A stretch of 64,000 nucleotides of DNA from an uncultured Candidatus Actinomarina sp. (GTDB taxonomy: Bacteria > Actinomycetota > Acidimicrobiia > Actinomarinales > Actinomarinaceae), in assembly GCA_902634185.1 (NCBI GenBank), contig CACPJC010000003.1, positions 109,733-173,732 of the forward strand. The letters are read 5' to 3'. The translations under genes and the position numbers were made by a program. Below the pieces are notes generated by a model. The model was not told the DNA's origin. It ran no database searches and saw only the letters and a list, made by a program, of their open reading frames with translations. This document shows positions 28,868 to 38,344 of this stretch, in pieces (position 1 is the stretch's first letter; each line of letters begins with the position of its first letter).

Positions 28868-30231
28868 TAATGCAATCCTTTCCCAGTCAAACCAAGTAAT
28901 GATTCTCCTACTGCCTCGCTTAATGTTGGATGAGCATGAATAAATTCTGCTGCCTCTTCAGGTAGAGCCTCCCATCCAACCATATACATTATTTCATGTA
29001 TCATTTCTCCAGCGGAAGGTCCACAAACACTCGCGCCTACTATAGGCCCATCTTTTTCTGCATAAACTTTTACTAATCCTTGGTTTTGCTCTGTAATCAA
29101 TGCTCTTCCTACACCAGCAAAGCTGTGCTGAGATTGTTCAATTTCTATATTTTCTAATTTAGCTTTTTCGGCATTAAGTCCAATTTCTGCCAATTCTGGC
29201 CTTGTATAAACAACATATGGTATTGCTTTATAATCTAATGGCTTTTTTATACCAGAGGCAATGTATGTAATCGCGGATATTGCTTCGGCAAAAGCTGCAT
29301 GAGCTAATTGAGGTGTATTGTTCACGATATCCCCAAGTGCAAAAATATTAGCAACAGATGTTTCAAAGGTGTCTAAATCTACATTTATAAAACCATTTTC
29401 TGAAGCAATATTTACGTTATCTAATCCAATGTTTTCAGTTAATGGAGCTCTGCCAACGGCAATTAATACTGTATCGAATTCTTTCTTTTCACCATCTGAA
29501 AAATTAACAGTCTTATCATCTATTCCATCAATTGATGTATTTAGCTTAAACTCAACTCCTCGCTTGGTTAGTTGCTTTCTTAGTTCACCTGATGTTCTCT
29601 TGTCCAAACCAGGAAGTATCTCTTTAGCTAATTCAACAACAGTCACTTCTGATTCAAGATCATTTAACAGACTTGCAAATTCACAACCAATCGCACCAGC
29701 ACCAACGATACAAACTTTTTTTGGCGGCTCTTCCCAGTTCAGTGCAGTATCTGATGTGATAATGAAGTCTTCATCTGGTTCAATATTTGGAAGATTTCTT
29801 GGTTTAGATCCAGTTGCAAGAATAATAAAATCGGAATCAATTTTTTCACTGGTTCCATCTGATTTTTGTACTAAAACTGAAGACTGATTTTCAATAGAGC
29901 CCCATCCTTCTATGACATTTACATTCTTACTTTTTAAAAGCATTTTTATGCCAGATACAAGTTTTTCTACTATTTCAATTCTTTTGAGTGATGTTTTATT
30001 CCAATCTATTGATTTCCCATCCACATTTATTCCATAGTTTTCTGATGTTGAAATTTCATGGTTTAACTCTGCAACATGGAGCCAATATTTTGCAGGTATA
30101 CAACCGCGGTTTAGACATGTTCCACCTAAGACATCAGACTCTATAAGTGTTACTTCAAGATTAAAGTTGTGAGCGTATAGTGCAGCTGCGTATCCAGCTG
30201 GTCCCCCGCCAATAATTGTTATTTTTTTCAA
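28867..30231 (-). CDS. lpdA: Dihydrolipoamide dehydrogenase (E3)
   Basis: GGGPAG, GGTCLNRGCIP, GAGAIG, HAHPTLSE. Confidence 0.97.
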   Translation of the reverse strand: MKKITIIGGGPAGYAAALYAHNFNLEVTLIESDVLGGTCLNRGCIPAKYWLHVAELNHEISTSENYGINVDGKSIDWNKTSLKRIEIVEKLVSGIKMLLKSKNVNVIEGWGSIENQSSVLVQKSDGTSEKIDSDFIILATGSKPRNLPNIEPDEDFIITSDTALNWEEPPKKVCIVGAGAIGCEFASLLNDLESEVTVVELAKEILPGLDKRTSGELRKQLTKRGVEFKLNTSIDGIDDKTVNFSDGEKKEFDTVLIAVGRAPLTENIGLDNVNIASENGFINVDLDTFETSVANIFALGDIVNNTPQLAHAAFAEAISAITYIASGIKKPLDYKAIPYVVYTRPELAEIGLNAEKAKLENIEIEQSQHSFAGVGRALITEQNQGLVKVYAEKDGPIVGASVCGPSAGEMIHEIMYMVGWEALPEEAAEFIHAHPTLSEAVGESLLGLTGKGLH

Positions 30232-30330
30232 ATTACCTCTTTCAAGATAGGGTTTCTATCAAATCGAGATAATAACTACACCATATCTAGGGGTTCCCTG
30301 AATATGGTGATCAAAGTTATTTTCACTATT
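30232..30330 (-). ncRNA. Candidate structured 5' leader of lpdA (long hairpin plus SD-proximal hairpin)
   Basis: Nested inverted repeats AATAACT/AGTTATT, CACCATAT/ATATGGTG, AGGG/CCCT (30271-30321) and GATAG/CTATC (30246-30260). Confidence 0.45.
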
Positions 30331-30336
30331 AAATCT

Positions 30337-30365
30337 AACCTAAAAGATGACATCCTCCAACTCAA
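30337..30365 (-). promoter_or_regulatory. Putative sigma-A promoter of the lpdA operon
   Basis: On the minus strand TTGAGT (30365-30360), 17-bp spacer, TAGGTT (30342-30337). Confidence 0.55.
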
Positions 30366-30395
30366 GATAACTCATTAATAAGATAAAATACTTTT

Positions 30396-30482
30396 ATGCA
30401 AACTAGACATCTAATAATTGCTTCCCTGATTACAGCGATAGTTATTGTTGTTGCATTTGGTGTTTGGGTGATGACTAACTAA
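30396..30482 (+). CDS. Small single-TM peptide, 28 aa (MQTRHLIIASLITAIVIVVAFGVWVMTN), below the ORF-track cutoff
   Basis: ATG..TAA in frame; continuous hydrophobic stretch; TAAAAT 6 nt upstream of ATG as in other leaderless genes here; stop is 1 nt before the next gene. Confidence 0.65.
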   Translation: MQTRHLIIASLITAIVIVVAFGVWVMTN

Positions 30483-30483
30483 A

Positions 30484-31440
30484 TTGAAAAGCTTTAATCT
30501 TGGTCACGGCATATTACATTTCCCTTTAAAACTTCCATGGGCTCCTCCAGGTTTTGTAAATATTTATTTAATTGAGGATGATGAAGGCTTCATCATGATT
30601 GATTGTGGAGTTAATGGAGATGAGTATTTTGATGAACTAAAAATAAATCTACAAAACTTAAACATTGATTTTTCAGATATAAATTTATTGATCGGTACAC
30701 ACATGCATTCAGACCACATCGGTCTTTCTGGAGTTTTGAGAGAAGAAGGATTGAAATTTGGACTTTATGAAAATTCTGAAGAGTTTATTCCCAAATATAA
30801 TGATTGGACTGATCGATTTAGATTAATTAGTGAGTTTGCAAAAAAACAAGGTGCTCCGAAAGAATTTGTAGAAGATCTGAACTCGATTACAACTCCATCT
30901 ACGACTGGCAAGCTAACCACCCCCGATGTTCTATTAAAAGAAGGAAAAATAAAAGATATAAGTCGAAATCTAGAAGTTATTTTTACACCCGGACATGATA
31001 TTTCAGAAATATCAATTTATGACCCATCAAGTAAAATTATCTTTTCTGGTGATCACATACTTCCAAGAATTACACCTTTCATTCCTATTCATGATGAAGA
31101 AACAAGTATGTTAAATCATTATGTCGACTCACTAAATAAAATGAAGTCCTTTGAACATACAAAAATTGCACCTGGTCATTTTGAGATAATAGATAATCCA
31201 CAAAATAGGGTTGAGCAAATACTTCTCCACCACGAAAAAAGGTCTGAGAAAATAATTAATATTTTAAAAGATGGTGAACTAACCGGATGGGAAGTTACGA
31301 AGAAATTATTTTCGCGACCGCTTGATGCAATGAATCTTCGTCTAGCTTTCCAAGAAACCATGGCCCACCTTAAATATATTGAGTCACAGGGGAAAATTAA
31401 ACAAAAAGTTTCAGAAGTGAATACTTGGAGCCTTACTTAA
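30484..31440 (+). CDS. MBL-fold metallo-hydrolase with C-terminal winged helix
   Basis: IDCG, THMHSDHIG (HxHxDH), TPGH, SGDHIL, PGH; C-terminal ETMAHL helix-turn-helix. Confidence 0.9.
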   Translation: MKSFNLGHGILHFPLKLPWAPPGFVNIYLIEDDEGFIMIDCGVNGDEYFDELKINLQNLNIDFSDINLLIGTHMHSDHIGLSGVLREEGLKFGLYENSEEFIPKYNDWTDRFRLISEFAKKQGAPKEFVEDLNSITTPSTTGKLTTPDVLLKEGKIKDISRNLEVIFTPGHDISEISIYDPSSKIIFSGDHILPRITPFIPIHDEETSMLNHYVDSLNKMKSFEHTKIAPGHFEIIDNPQNRVEQILLHHEKRSEKIINILKDGELTGWEVTKKLFSRPLDAMNLRLAFQETMAHLKYIESQGKIKQKVSEVNTWSLT

Positions 31441-31639
31441 AAGGTTTAAAACTTCTATTCTTTGCTTCCTCTAAAGAGTCCGGAGCAAAAGATTGTAATT
31501 GATTATTTTTTACAAGTTCTTTTTCTTCTTCAAGTTGTTCTAATGCTTTAAAATGATCAGGATTATCACAATCATAAACTTTCATATTTTTTCTATATCC
31601 TATAAATCTGTAACTTTCGAATTTTGGAAGTCTTGGCAA
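31433..31639 (-). CDS. Small hypothetical protein
   Basis: 68-aa ORF starting 1 nt after the acyl-CoA dehydrogenase stop; motifs RFIG...VYD and FAPDSLEEAKNR. Confidence 0.65.
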   Translation of the reverse strand: MPRLPKFESYRFIGYRKNMKVYDCDNPDHFKALEQLEEEKELVKNNQLQSFAPDSLEEAKNRSFKPFK

Positions 31640-31640
31640 T

Positions 31641-32762
31641 TTATAAACTTAAAAGTCTGGATACATCATTTCGAGCAGATTTGGCAGTTCCAAAAATAAG
31701 CGAATCAGATTTAGCTTTTTTAAAATAAAGATGTGCGGGATGCTCCCAAGTAAACCCAATTCCACCATGAACTTGTATGTTATCTCCTGATACTTTATTG
31801 AATACATCTGAACAATAAGCTTTTGCCATTGAAGAACTCATTTCTAGTTCAACAATATCGTCAGAGTCAACTCTTACAGAACTGTAGGCAATAGATTTTG
31901 CACTTTCGATTTGAAGAAGCATATCTGCGCACATATGTTGTATTGCTTGGAAAGATCCAATTGGTCTTCCAAATTGAATTCTTTCTTTTGCATATTGAGT
32001 AGACATATCTAAACAAGCTTGTGCTCCCCCAACTTGCTCCATAGCAAGAAAAGAGATAGATATATGCTTTACTTTATTCCATATATTTTCATCTTCTTTA
32101 ATATCGAACATAAAGTTTTCATTACCAACCTCGACATTCTCAAGTATTATCTCAGCCATTGGTCTTGTTTGATCTAAGGATGTTGTTTCTGAAATTGTTA
32201 CTCCAGGATTATCTTTATCTACCATTATGAATTTGAATCCATCTTCAGATTTAGCAAGAATAGCAAAATAATCAGAAGTATCTCCAAACATCACATAACT
32301 TTTCTTGCCATTAAGTAGGTATCCATTGTCATTATTTTCAGCTACTGTTGAAATATTTTCATCATTTATCTCATATCGGTCATTTTCATAAATGCCAAAT
32401 GAACCAATCTTTGAGCCAGAAACTATTTCGGGAAGAATTTTATTTTTTAGTTCAGAAGGAGAGTGTAAAAGTAGTTGCTTGAATACAACACCTGAACTAA
32501 AAATGGGAACTATCGGCATGTAATACCCAAACACTTCAGAGAGTATGGATGAATCCACTTTTGAAAAACCTAATCCTCCATCTTCCTCAGAAACATCTAA
32601 ACCCAACCAACCTTGTTCACTAACCAGCTCCCATAACTCATTGTCAATTCTTGTGTTATCGTCAACTTTTTTAATTAACTCAAGCAAATCAACTTTTTCA
32701 GAAAGAAGCTTTTGAGCATTTTCTTTAATTTCATTTTGAAGTTCTGTAAGACTGAATTGCAT
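31641..32762 (-). CDS. Acyl-CoA dehydrogenase family protein
   Basis: GGLG, LNGKKSYV, SLDQTRP, YAKERIQFGRPIGSFQAIQH, QVHGGIGFTWEH. Confidence 0.93.
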   Translation of the reverse strand: MQFSLTELQNEIKENAQKLLSEKVDLLELIKKVDDNTRIDNELWELVSEQGWLGLDVSEEDGGLGFSKVDSSILSEVFGYYMPIVPIFSSGVVFKQLLLHSPSELKNKILPEIVSGSKIGSFGIYENDRYEINDENISTVAENNDNGYLLNGKKSYVMFGDTSDYFAILAKSEDGFKFIMVDKDNPGVTISETTSLDQTRPMAEIILENVEVGNENFMFDIKEDENIWNKVKHISISFLAMEQVGGAQACLDMSTQYAKERIQFGRPIGSFQAIQHMCADMLLQIESAKSIAYSSVRVDSDDIVELEMSSSMAKAYCSDVFNKVSGDNIQVHGGIGFTWEHPAHLYFKKAKSDSLIFGTAKSARNDVSRLLSL

Positions 32763-32837
32763 TCCCTTATTCTAATTTTGTTTTCAAATTTGACTAATCA
32801 AATGTCGTTTGTTTTTTTATAGAATTAATATAGTTAT

Positions 32838-33563
32838 GTGTTAAAAATTGAAAATTTACATGCATCTGTGGAATCAACTCCAATTATAAATGGAGTGAAC
32901 CTAGAAATTAACCCTGGTGAAGTTCATGCAATCATGGGACCTAATGGCTCAGGAAAATCAACTCTTGCTAATGTTTTAATGGGTAACCCAGTATATGAAA
33001 TTACAGATGGAAAAATTACATTCAGTGGAGAGGATGTCACTGAAGAACCAGTAGACAATCGAGCAAAGAAAGGGATGTTTCTTGCTTTTCAATATCCCGA
33101 GTCAATACCTGGAGTGACGATAGTTAATATGCTCAAAACTGCTCTTACTAATATTGAAGAAACTGAATACACAACTGTAGAGCTCAGATTAAAAGTTGCT
33201 GAAGCAATGAAAGATTTAGGTCTTTCACCAGATTTTGTTGATAGATACTTAAACGATGGTTTTTCAGGCGGAGAGAGAAAAAGAAATGAGATTCTACAAC
33301 TTGCAGTACTAAATCCTAAACTTGCAATTTTAGATGAAACTGATTCAGGTCTTGATGTTGATGGTCTAAGAATCGTAGGAGAAGGAATAAGTAATTTAAG
33401 AACTCCTGATCGCGCTTATTTAGTCGTTACCCATTATCAGAGATTATTGGAATATGTTAAACCAGACTATGTTCATGTATTTGTGGATGGAAATATTGTA
33501 GAAACTGGTGGTGTAGAATTATCTGAAAAACTTGAGAAAGAAGGATACGAATCTTACCAATGA
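32838..33563 (+). CDS. sufC: Fe-S assembly ATPase SufC (copy 1)
   Basis: HAIMGPNGSGKST, FQYP..IPGV, GFSGGERKRNE, LDETDSGLD, VTHYQR. Confidence 0.95.
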   Translation: MLKIENLHASVESTPIINGVNLEINPGEVHAIMGPNGSGKSTLANVLMGNPVYEITDGKITFSGEDVTEEPVDNRAKKGMFLAFQYPESIPGVTIVNMLKTALTNIEETEYTTVELRLKVAEAMKDLGLSPDFVDRYLNDGFSGGERKRNEILQLAVLNPKLAILDETDSGLDVDGLRIVGEGISNLRTPDRAYLVVTHYQRLLEYVKPDYVHVFVDGNIVETGGVELSEKLEKEGYESYQ

Positions 33564-34783
33564 GCAAATTTTCAGACATAAAAAAAGATTTTCCAATATT
33601 TGAAAGAGATATCAATGGAAAGAAATTAACTTACTTAGACTCAGGTGCAACCTCACAGAAACCTAACTCAGTAATAGATAAGATGAATGATATTTACAAA
33701 TTTAATAATGCAAATGTTCACAGAGGAACTTATGTGCTTTCATCAGAAACTACCAGCGAATATGAATCAGTTAGGTATAAGCTTCAATCTTTCTTAAATG
33801 CATCTGAATCAGATGAGATAATTTTTACTAAGGGTACAACTGAAGCACTTAATTTTTTAGCTAATTCAATAGCAAATAAATTTATGGGTGAGGGTGATGA
33901 GATTATCTTATCGGAGATTGAACATCATGCAAATATTATCCCTTGGCAAATGGTTGCAGAAAAATACAAATTAACCATTAATTACGTAAAAGTAAATGAT
34001 GACTTTTCACTAGATCTTGATGATTTATCTTCAAAGCTTTCATCAAAAACAAAAGTGGTTTCAATTGTTGGTGAATCTAATCTTTCTGGAATGCTCCCAG
34101 ATATTAAAGAAATAAATAATTTAGTTAGATCAAATTCTGATGCTTTACTAATTATTGATGGTGCTCAATTAGTACCACATAGAAAAGTAGATGTTCAGGA
34201 TTTAGGAATTGATTTCTTAGTATTCTCCGGACATAAAATGCTTGGACCTACTGGTATTGGTGTTGTTTGGGGCAAGAAAGAATTATTGAATTCTCTTGAT
34301 CCAGTTTATGGAGGTGGAGATATGATTGAAGAAGTTCATTATGATAAAGCAACTTGGGCACCCGTTCCTCATAAATTCGAAGCAGGAACTCCCCCATACG
34401 TAGAGGCAATTGGCCTTGGAGCAGCTGTAGATTATTTAGAAAATTTAGGTATGTCTGAGGTTGAAAAACATTCTGATGAATTGCGTGAATACGGTAGAAA
34501 AGTTTTACTAGATATCGATGGTGTGAATGTAATACATGCCGAACAAGATATTGCAGGATGTACTTTTGGTATGTATGTTGACGGTGTTCATGCAGCAGAC
34601 CTTTCGTTAATGCTAGATACACATGGAGTTGCTGTAAGAGCAGGTCATCATTGTGTTCAACCATTTCACAGAAAATTAGGTATTGATGCAACTATTAGAT
34701 CAACAGCCTACATTTATAACGACAAAGAAGATATTGACACATTAAAGTCAGCACTAATATCTAGTGTCGAAATATTGAGATAA
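33560..34783 (+). CDS. sufS: Cysteine desulfurase SufS
   Basis: YLDSGATSQKP, NVHRG, EHHAN, DGAQ, SGHKM, EAGTP, RAGHHC. Confidence 0.96.
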   Translation: MSKFSDIKKDFPIFERDINGKKLTYLDSGATSQKPNSVIDKMNDIYKFNNANVHRGTYVLSSETTSEYESVRYKLQSFLNASESDEIIFTKGTTEALNFLANSIANKFMGEGDEIILSEIEHHANIIPWQMVAEKYKLTINYVKVNDDFSLDLDDLSSKLSSKTKVVSIVGESNLSGMLPDIKEINNLVRSNSDALLIIDGAQLVPHRKVDVQDLGIDFLVFSGHKMLGPTGIGVVWGKKELLNSLDPVYGGGDMIEEVHYDKATWAPVPHKFEAGTPPYVEAIGLGAAVDYLENLGMSEVEKHSDELREYGRKVLLDIDGVNVIHAEQDIAGCTFGMYVDGVHAADLSLMLDTHGVAVRAGHHCVQPFHRKLGIDATIRSTAYIYNDKEDIDTLKSALISSVEILR

Positions 34784-34785
34784 AA

Positions 34786-35199
34786 ATGTCTATAAGAGAA
34801 AAAGTTGATGAATACAAAAAAATACTAGATATTTTCCCAAATGATCAGGAAAAATATCAATATTTAATTGAAAAAGCTAAAGAGAATGATTCTTTTCCTC
34901 TAGAACTACGACTCGATAACTTTAAAGTAAATGGTTGTCAAAGCCAAGTTTGGCTTGTTCCTGAAGAAAAAGATGAAAAACTTTTTTTTAATAGTGATTC
35001 AGATGCTCTTATTGCAAAAGGATTGGTTACTTTAATTGCATCAATATACTCTGATGAAAAAGCAGAAGATATTGTTTCGTCAGAAATTGATTTGATGGAA
35101 GAATTTGAGCTAGGTGTAATTTTAAGTCCTGCTCGTAGAAATGGAGCTTACAGCATGCTCAAAACAATTAAAGAGTATGCTAAAAATCTAGTTTCTTAG
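34786..35199 (+). CDS. sufE: Sulfur acceptor SufE
   Basis: VNGCQSQVW, SDSDA, LSPARRNG. Confidence 0.93.
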   Translation: MSIREKVDEYKKILDIFPNDQEKYQYLIEKAKENDSFPLELRLDNFKVNGCQSQVWLVPEEKDEKLFFNSDSDALIAKGLVTLIASIYSDEKAEDIVSSEIDLMEEFELGVILSPARRNGAYSMLKTIKEYAKNLVS

Positions 35200-35200
35200 A

Positions 35201-35653
35201 TTATTGTTTCCACCAAGATTCATGTGGAAAATCCACCCATACATTTTCTGTATCTTTTGCTAAATCCCTTATATAATAATGAGGTTCAAAATCGCATTCA
35301 TTGTTCCACCAGAGCGATACAAATCTAACATCACATTCATGATTTATATTTTCTTTTATATATTCAGAAAGCCTTTCAAAGGTTTCACCGCTGTCACAAA
35401 TATCATCAACAATAAGAACTTTTTCATCTTTAGACTTGGGTAAGTAATTTTCCCAATGTGGAAAATCTCTTGTTGATGCATGTACTGGCTTAAATGGAAT
35501 ATTTAATTTATGAGAAATCATAACTCCGGGTATTAACCCTCCACGACTAATACCAACAATTACATCTGGAACAAAATCATCTTTCTCAATAAGTTCACAA
35601 ATTTCGTTTGTATCTTTTAGTTGTTCATCCCAAGAGTAAAATAATTTTTCCAT
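35201..35653 (-). CDS. Type I phosphoribosyltransferase (Gpt/Hpt-like)
   Basis: GISRGGL, VLIVDDICDSGET PRPP loop, C-terminal WVDFPHE; likely start at MEKLF. Confidence 0.88.
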   Translation of the reverse strand: MEKLFYSWDEQLKDTNEICELIEKDDFVPDVIVGISRGGLIPGVMISHKLNIPFKPVHASTRDFPHWENYLPKSKDEKVLIVDDICDSGETFERLSEYIKENINHECDVRFVSLWWNNECDFEPHYYIRDLAKDTENVWVDFPHESWWKQ

Positions 35654-35781
35654 AATTGTAAGTGCTAATTCTATCAAAAATTTAAATCATAAATCTTGTT
35701 TCTTTCATAAAAAAATGATTCCTAAAAGAATAATGTACTGAAGCCAATGTCTATAATGAAAATTATGAAAAGGAGGTAAGG

Positions 35782-36789
35782 ATGCGCAGAAGTTGGGCAG
35801 TAGGCCTAATTATTATCAGTATTCTTACTATGGCCTGCGGTGGAGCCGCAGACGTAGATGATTACAAAGCTGCATTTGTGTATGTAGGACCAGCTGACGA
35901 TGGTGGATGGTCACAAGCACATGATGTGGGTCGACAATTCTTAGTAGATGAAACTGGAATCGAAACAGCTTACACAGAGCTAATTCCTGAGGATGCTACT
36001 GAGTTCAGAACAGTTGCAGAAGCTTATATTGAACAAGGTTACAATATTATTTTTGGAACAACCTTTGGTTACATTGATGCTATGGCAGAAATGGCAGAGG
36101 AATATCCAGACGTAATATTCCTTCATTGTTCAGGCTACTTAAGTAATGACAGTAACTTTGGAAACTATTTTGGAAAAATGTATCAACCAAGATACCTATC
36201 TGGTTTAGCTGCAGGAGCAATGACAGAATCAAACAAAATCGGTTATGTTGCTGCATTTCCTATTCCTGAGGTTATTAGAGGAATCAATGCTTTTGCTACT
36301 GGTGTAAAAGAAGTAAATCCAGATGCTACAGTTGAGGTTGTTTGGACATTCACATGGTTTGGACCTGAAGAGGAAACTCAGGCAGCAAATGCTCTAATTG
36401 AGACAGGTGTGGATGTATTAGCTCAACACCAAGACTCACCTTCAACTGGTGTAGTTGCAGAAGCAAATGGAGCAAAATGGATCTCATATAACACTGCATA
36501 CGGTCAAGAAGCTGCACCGGGCGCATTTGTTACAGCTCCAGTTTGGGCCTGGGGACCATATTATGTTGACGTTGTAAATTCAATTATCGATGGTGAATTT
36601 GCAGGTGGTGCTTATTGGGGTGGAATGGATACTGGACTTGTCTCATTATATGACTTAAGCTCTGATGTTCCATCTGACATTGCCGATTTAATTTCACAAA
36701 GAACAGATGAAATTATTGCAGGTGATTTTGATCCTCCAATAGTTGAGGAAGAGTTCATCGACAACGTTATTGGTACAGTTAGCCCGTAA
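35782..36789 (+). CDS. BMP-family ABC transporter substrate-binding lipoprotein (nucleoside/purine)
   Basis: Lipobox LTMAC; YVGPADDGGWSQAH, PIPEVIRGINAF, QHQDS; SD AGGAGG upstream. Confidence 0.93.
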   Translation: MRRSWAVGLIIISILTMACGGAADVDDYKAAFVYVGPADDGGWSQAHDVGRQFLVDETGIETAYTELIPEDATEFRTVAEAYIEQGYNIIFGTTFGYIDAMAEMAEEYPDVIFLHCSGYLSNDSNFGNYFGKMYQPRYLSGLAAGAMTESNKIGYVAAFPIPEVIRGINAFATGVKEVNPDATVEVVWTFTWFGPEEETQAANALIETGVDVLAQHQDSPSTGVVAEANGAKWISYNTAYGQEAAPGAFVTAPVWAWGPYYVDVVNSIIDGEFAGGAYWGGMDTGLVSLYDLSSDVPSDIADLISQRTDEIIAGDFDPPIVEEEFIDNVIGTVSP

Positions 36790-36800
36790 CAATTATTTTT

Positions 36801-36833
36801 AAAACACTCCAGCTTTAATGCTGGAGTGTTTTT
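36801..36833 (+). terminator. Intrinsic terminator / mRNA-stabilising hairpin after the binding-protein gene
   Basis: AAAACACTCCAGC-tttaat-GCTGGAGTGTTTT, 13-bp inverted repeat ending in a T run. Confidence 0.8.
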
Positions 36834-36847
36834 ACTACCATTACTAA

Positions 36848-38344
36848 ATGAAAAAATATATTCTCGAAGCAAAAAATATTTCAAAATCTTTTGGAAATGT
36901 GAAAGCACTTGAGGATGTAAACTTCTATCTTCAAAAAGGAAAAATTCATGGCTTACTTGGGGAAAATGGTGCGGGTAAATCATCATTAATGAATATACTT
37001 TCGGGAATCTATCAGCCTGAAAAAGGAAGTATATATATTAATGATATTAAACAAAAAAGTCTTGATCCTGAGTCTGCATCAGAACTTGGAATTGGAATGG
37101 TACACCAAGAATTCAGACTTATAGAAAGTTTTAGTATTCAAGACAACTTAACACTTTCAAAAGCAAATATTTATCAAGACAATTTCAAAGAAGCATATGA
37201 CAAATATTCTGAAATATTTTCTTTATCTGTAAATCCTGAAAAGAAAATTGTACAACTTTCAGTTGGAGAAAAGCAAAAAATTGAAATAATGAAATTAATT
37301 TTTAAAAACAGCAACATTATGCTTTTAGATGAACCTACTGCTGTTTTGACACCTCAAGAAACAGACCAACTAAGGATTTCTCTAGAAAGATTGTCAGATG
37401 AAGATGAAAAAACCATTGTATTGATTTCTCATAAACTTAGAGAAATCAGAGATTTTACAGAAAAAGTTTTTGTAATGAAAAATGGAAAAATGGTTGCTGA
37501 AGATCTTTCAACGGTAGATGTTACTGACGATGATCTTGTTGAATTAATGATGGGAAGTATACAAAAATCAATTATCGACAAATCAAATAAGACTGGAGAT
37601 ACAAAATTAAGCGTAGAGTCAATCGAATATATCGATAGAGTAAGTAATTATAAGATTTTAGAAGATATTAGTTTAGAAATAAAAGCTGGCGAAATTCTTG
37701 GCATTGCAGGAGTATCTGGAAATGGACAAGTAGAACTTGCAAATATTATTAGTGGTGTTGAGATTGATTATTCTGGAAAAATATTCATTAATAATAAAGA
37801 TGTTTCAAGAAAAGGAGTTAAGTCTCGAAAAAAACTTAATTTGTCTTACATTCCTGAAAATAGGCTTGGTGTAGGATTAGCACCAGGTGTCTCTGTTTTA
37901 GACAATTCAATAGTTAGAGATTATTTCAAAACAAGACTGGGTCCACATCTCTCTAGATCTAAAACTGAAACTTATCTTGAAAGTTTAATTAAAAAATTTT
38001 CAATTAAAGCTCCAGATTCGAAGGCGGAAATATCAACTTTATCAGGTGGAAATATGCAGAAGTTATTGATGGGAAGAGAGTTGGTCAGTAATCCAGAAGT
38101 AATTATTGCTTCGCAACCAACGAGAGGTCTTGATGTAAATGCTGTAGAAGCTATTCATACCTTGCTCGTTGACCAAAGAGATAAGGGCTCAGCTATTTTG
38201 TTGATTTCAGAGGATCTTGATGAATTATTTAAATTAAGCAATCGTCTACATGTTATGTATGAAGGAAAAATTGTAAAATCATTCGACATTGACAATGCAG
38301 ATATTAATAATGTTGGTCTTGCAATGGCAGGTGTAATTGAATAA
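36848..38344 (+). CDS. ABC transporter ATP-binding protein (double NBD, CUT2/nucleoside type)
   Basis: GENGAGKS, LSVGE, LDEPT, LSGGNMQK, QPTRGLD. Confidence 0.95.
   Translation: MKKYILEAKNISKSFGNVKALEDVNFYLQKGKIHGLLGENGAGKSSLMNILSGIYQPEKGSIYINDIKQKSLDPESASELGIGMVHQEFRLIESFSIQDNLTLSKANIYQDNFKEAYDKYSEIFSLSVNPEKKIVQLSVGEKQKIEIMKLIFKNSNIMLLDEPTAVLTPQETDQLRISLERLSDEDEKTIVLISHKLREIRDFTEKVFVMKNGKMVAEDLSTVDVTDDDLVELMMGSIQKSIIDKSNKTGDTKLSVESIEYIDRVSNYKILEDISLEIKAGEILGIAGVSGNGQVELANIISGVEIDYSGKIFINNKDVSRKGVKSRKKLNLSYIPENRLGVGLAPGVSVLDNSIVRDYFKTRLGPHLSRSKTETYLESLIKKFSIKAPDSKAEISTLSGGNMQKLLMGRELVSNPEVIIASQPTRGLDVNAVEAIHTLLVDQRDKGSAILLISEDLDELFKLSNRLHVMYEGKIVKSFDIDNADINNVGLAMAGVIE

Noticed and set aside
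30340-30375. 11-codon minus-strand ORF MSYLELEDVIF as an attenuator leader peptide
   Set aside because: No run of regulatory codons, and it overlaps the predicted promoter, so it would lie upstream of the TSS
35678-35781. Purine riboswitch upstream of the nucleoside transporter
   Set aside because: No three-way-junction consensus; TATAAT lies only about 25 nt before the start codon
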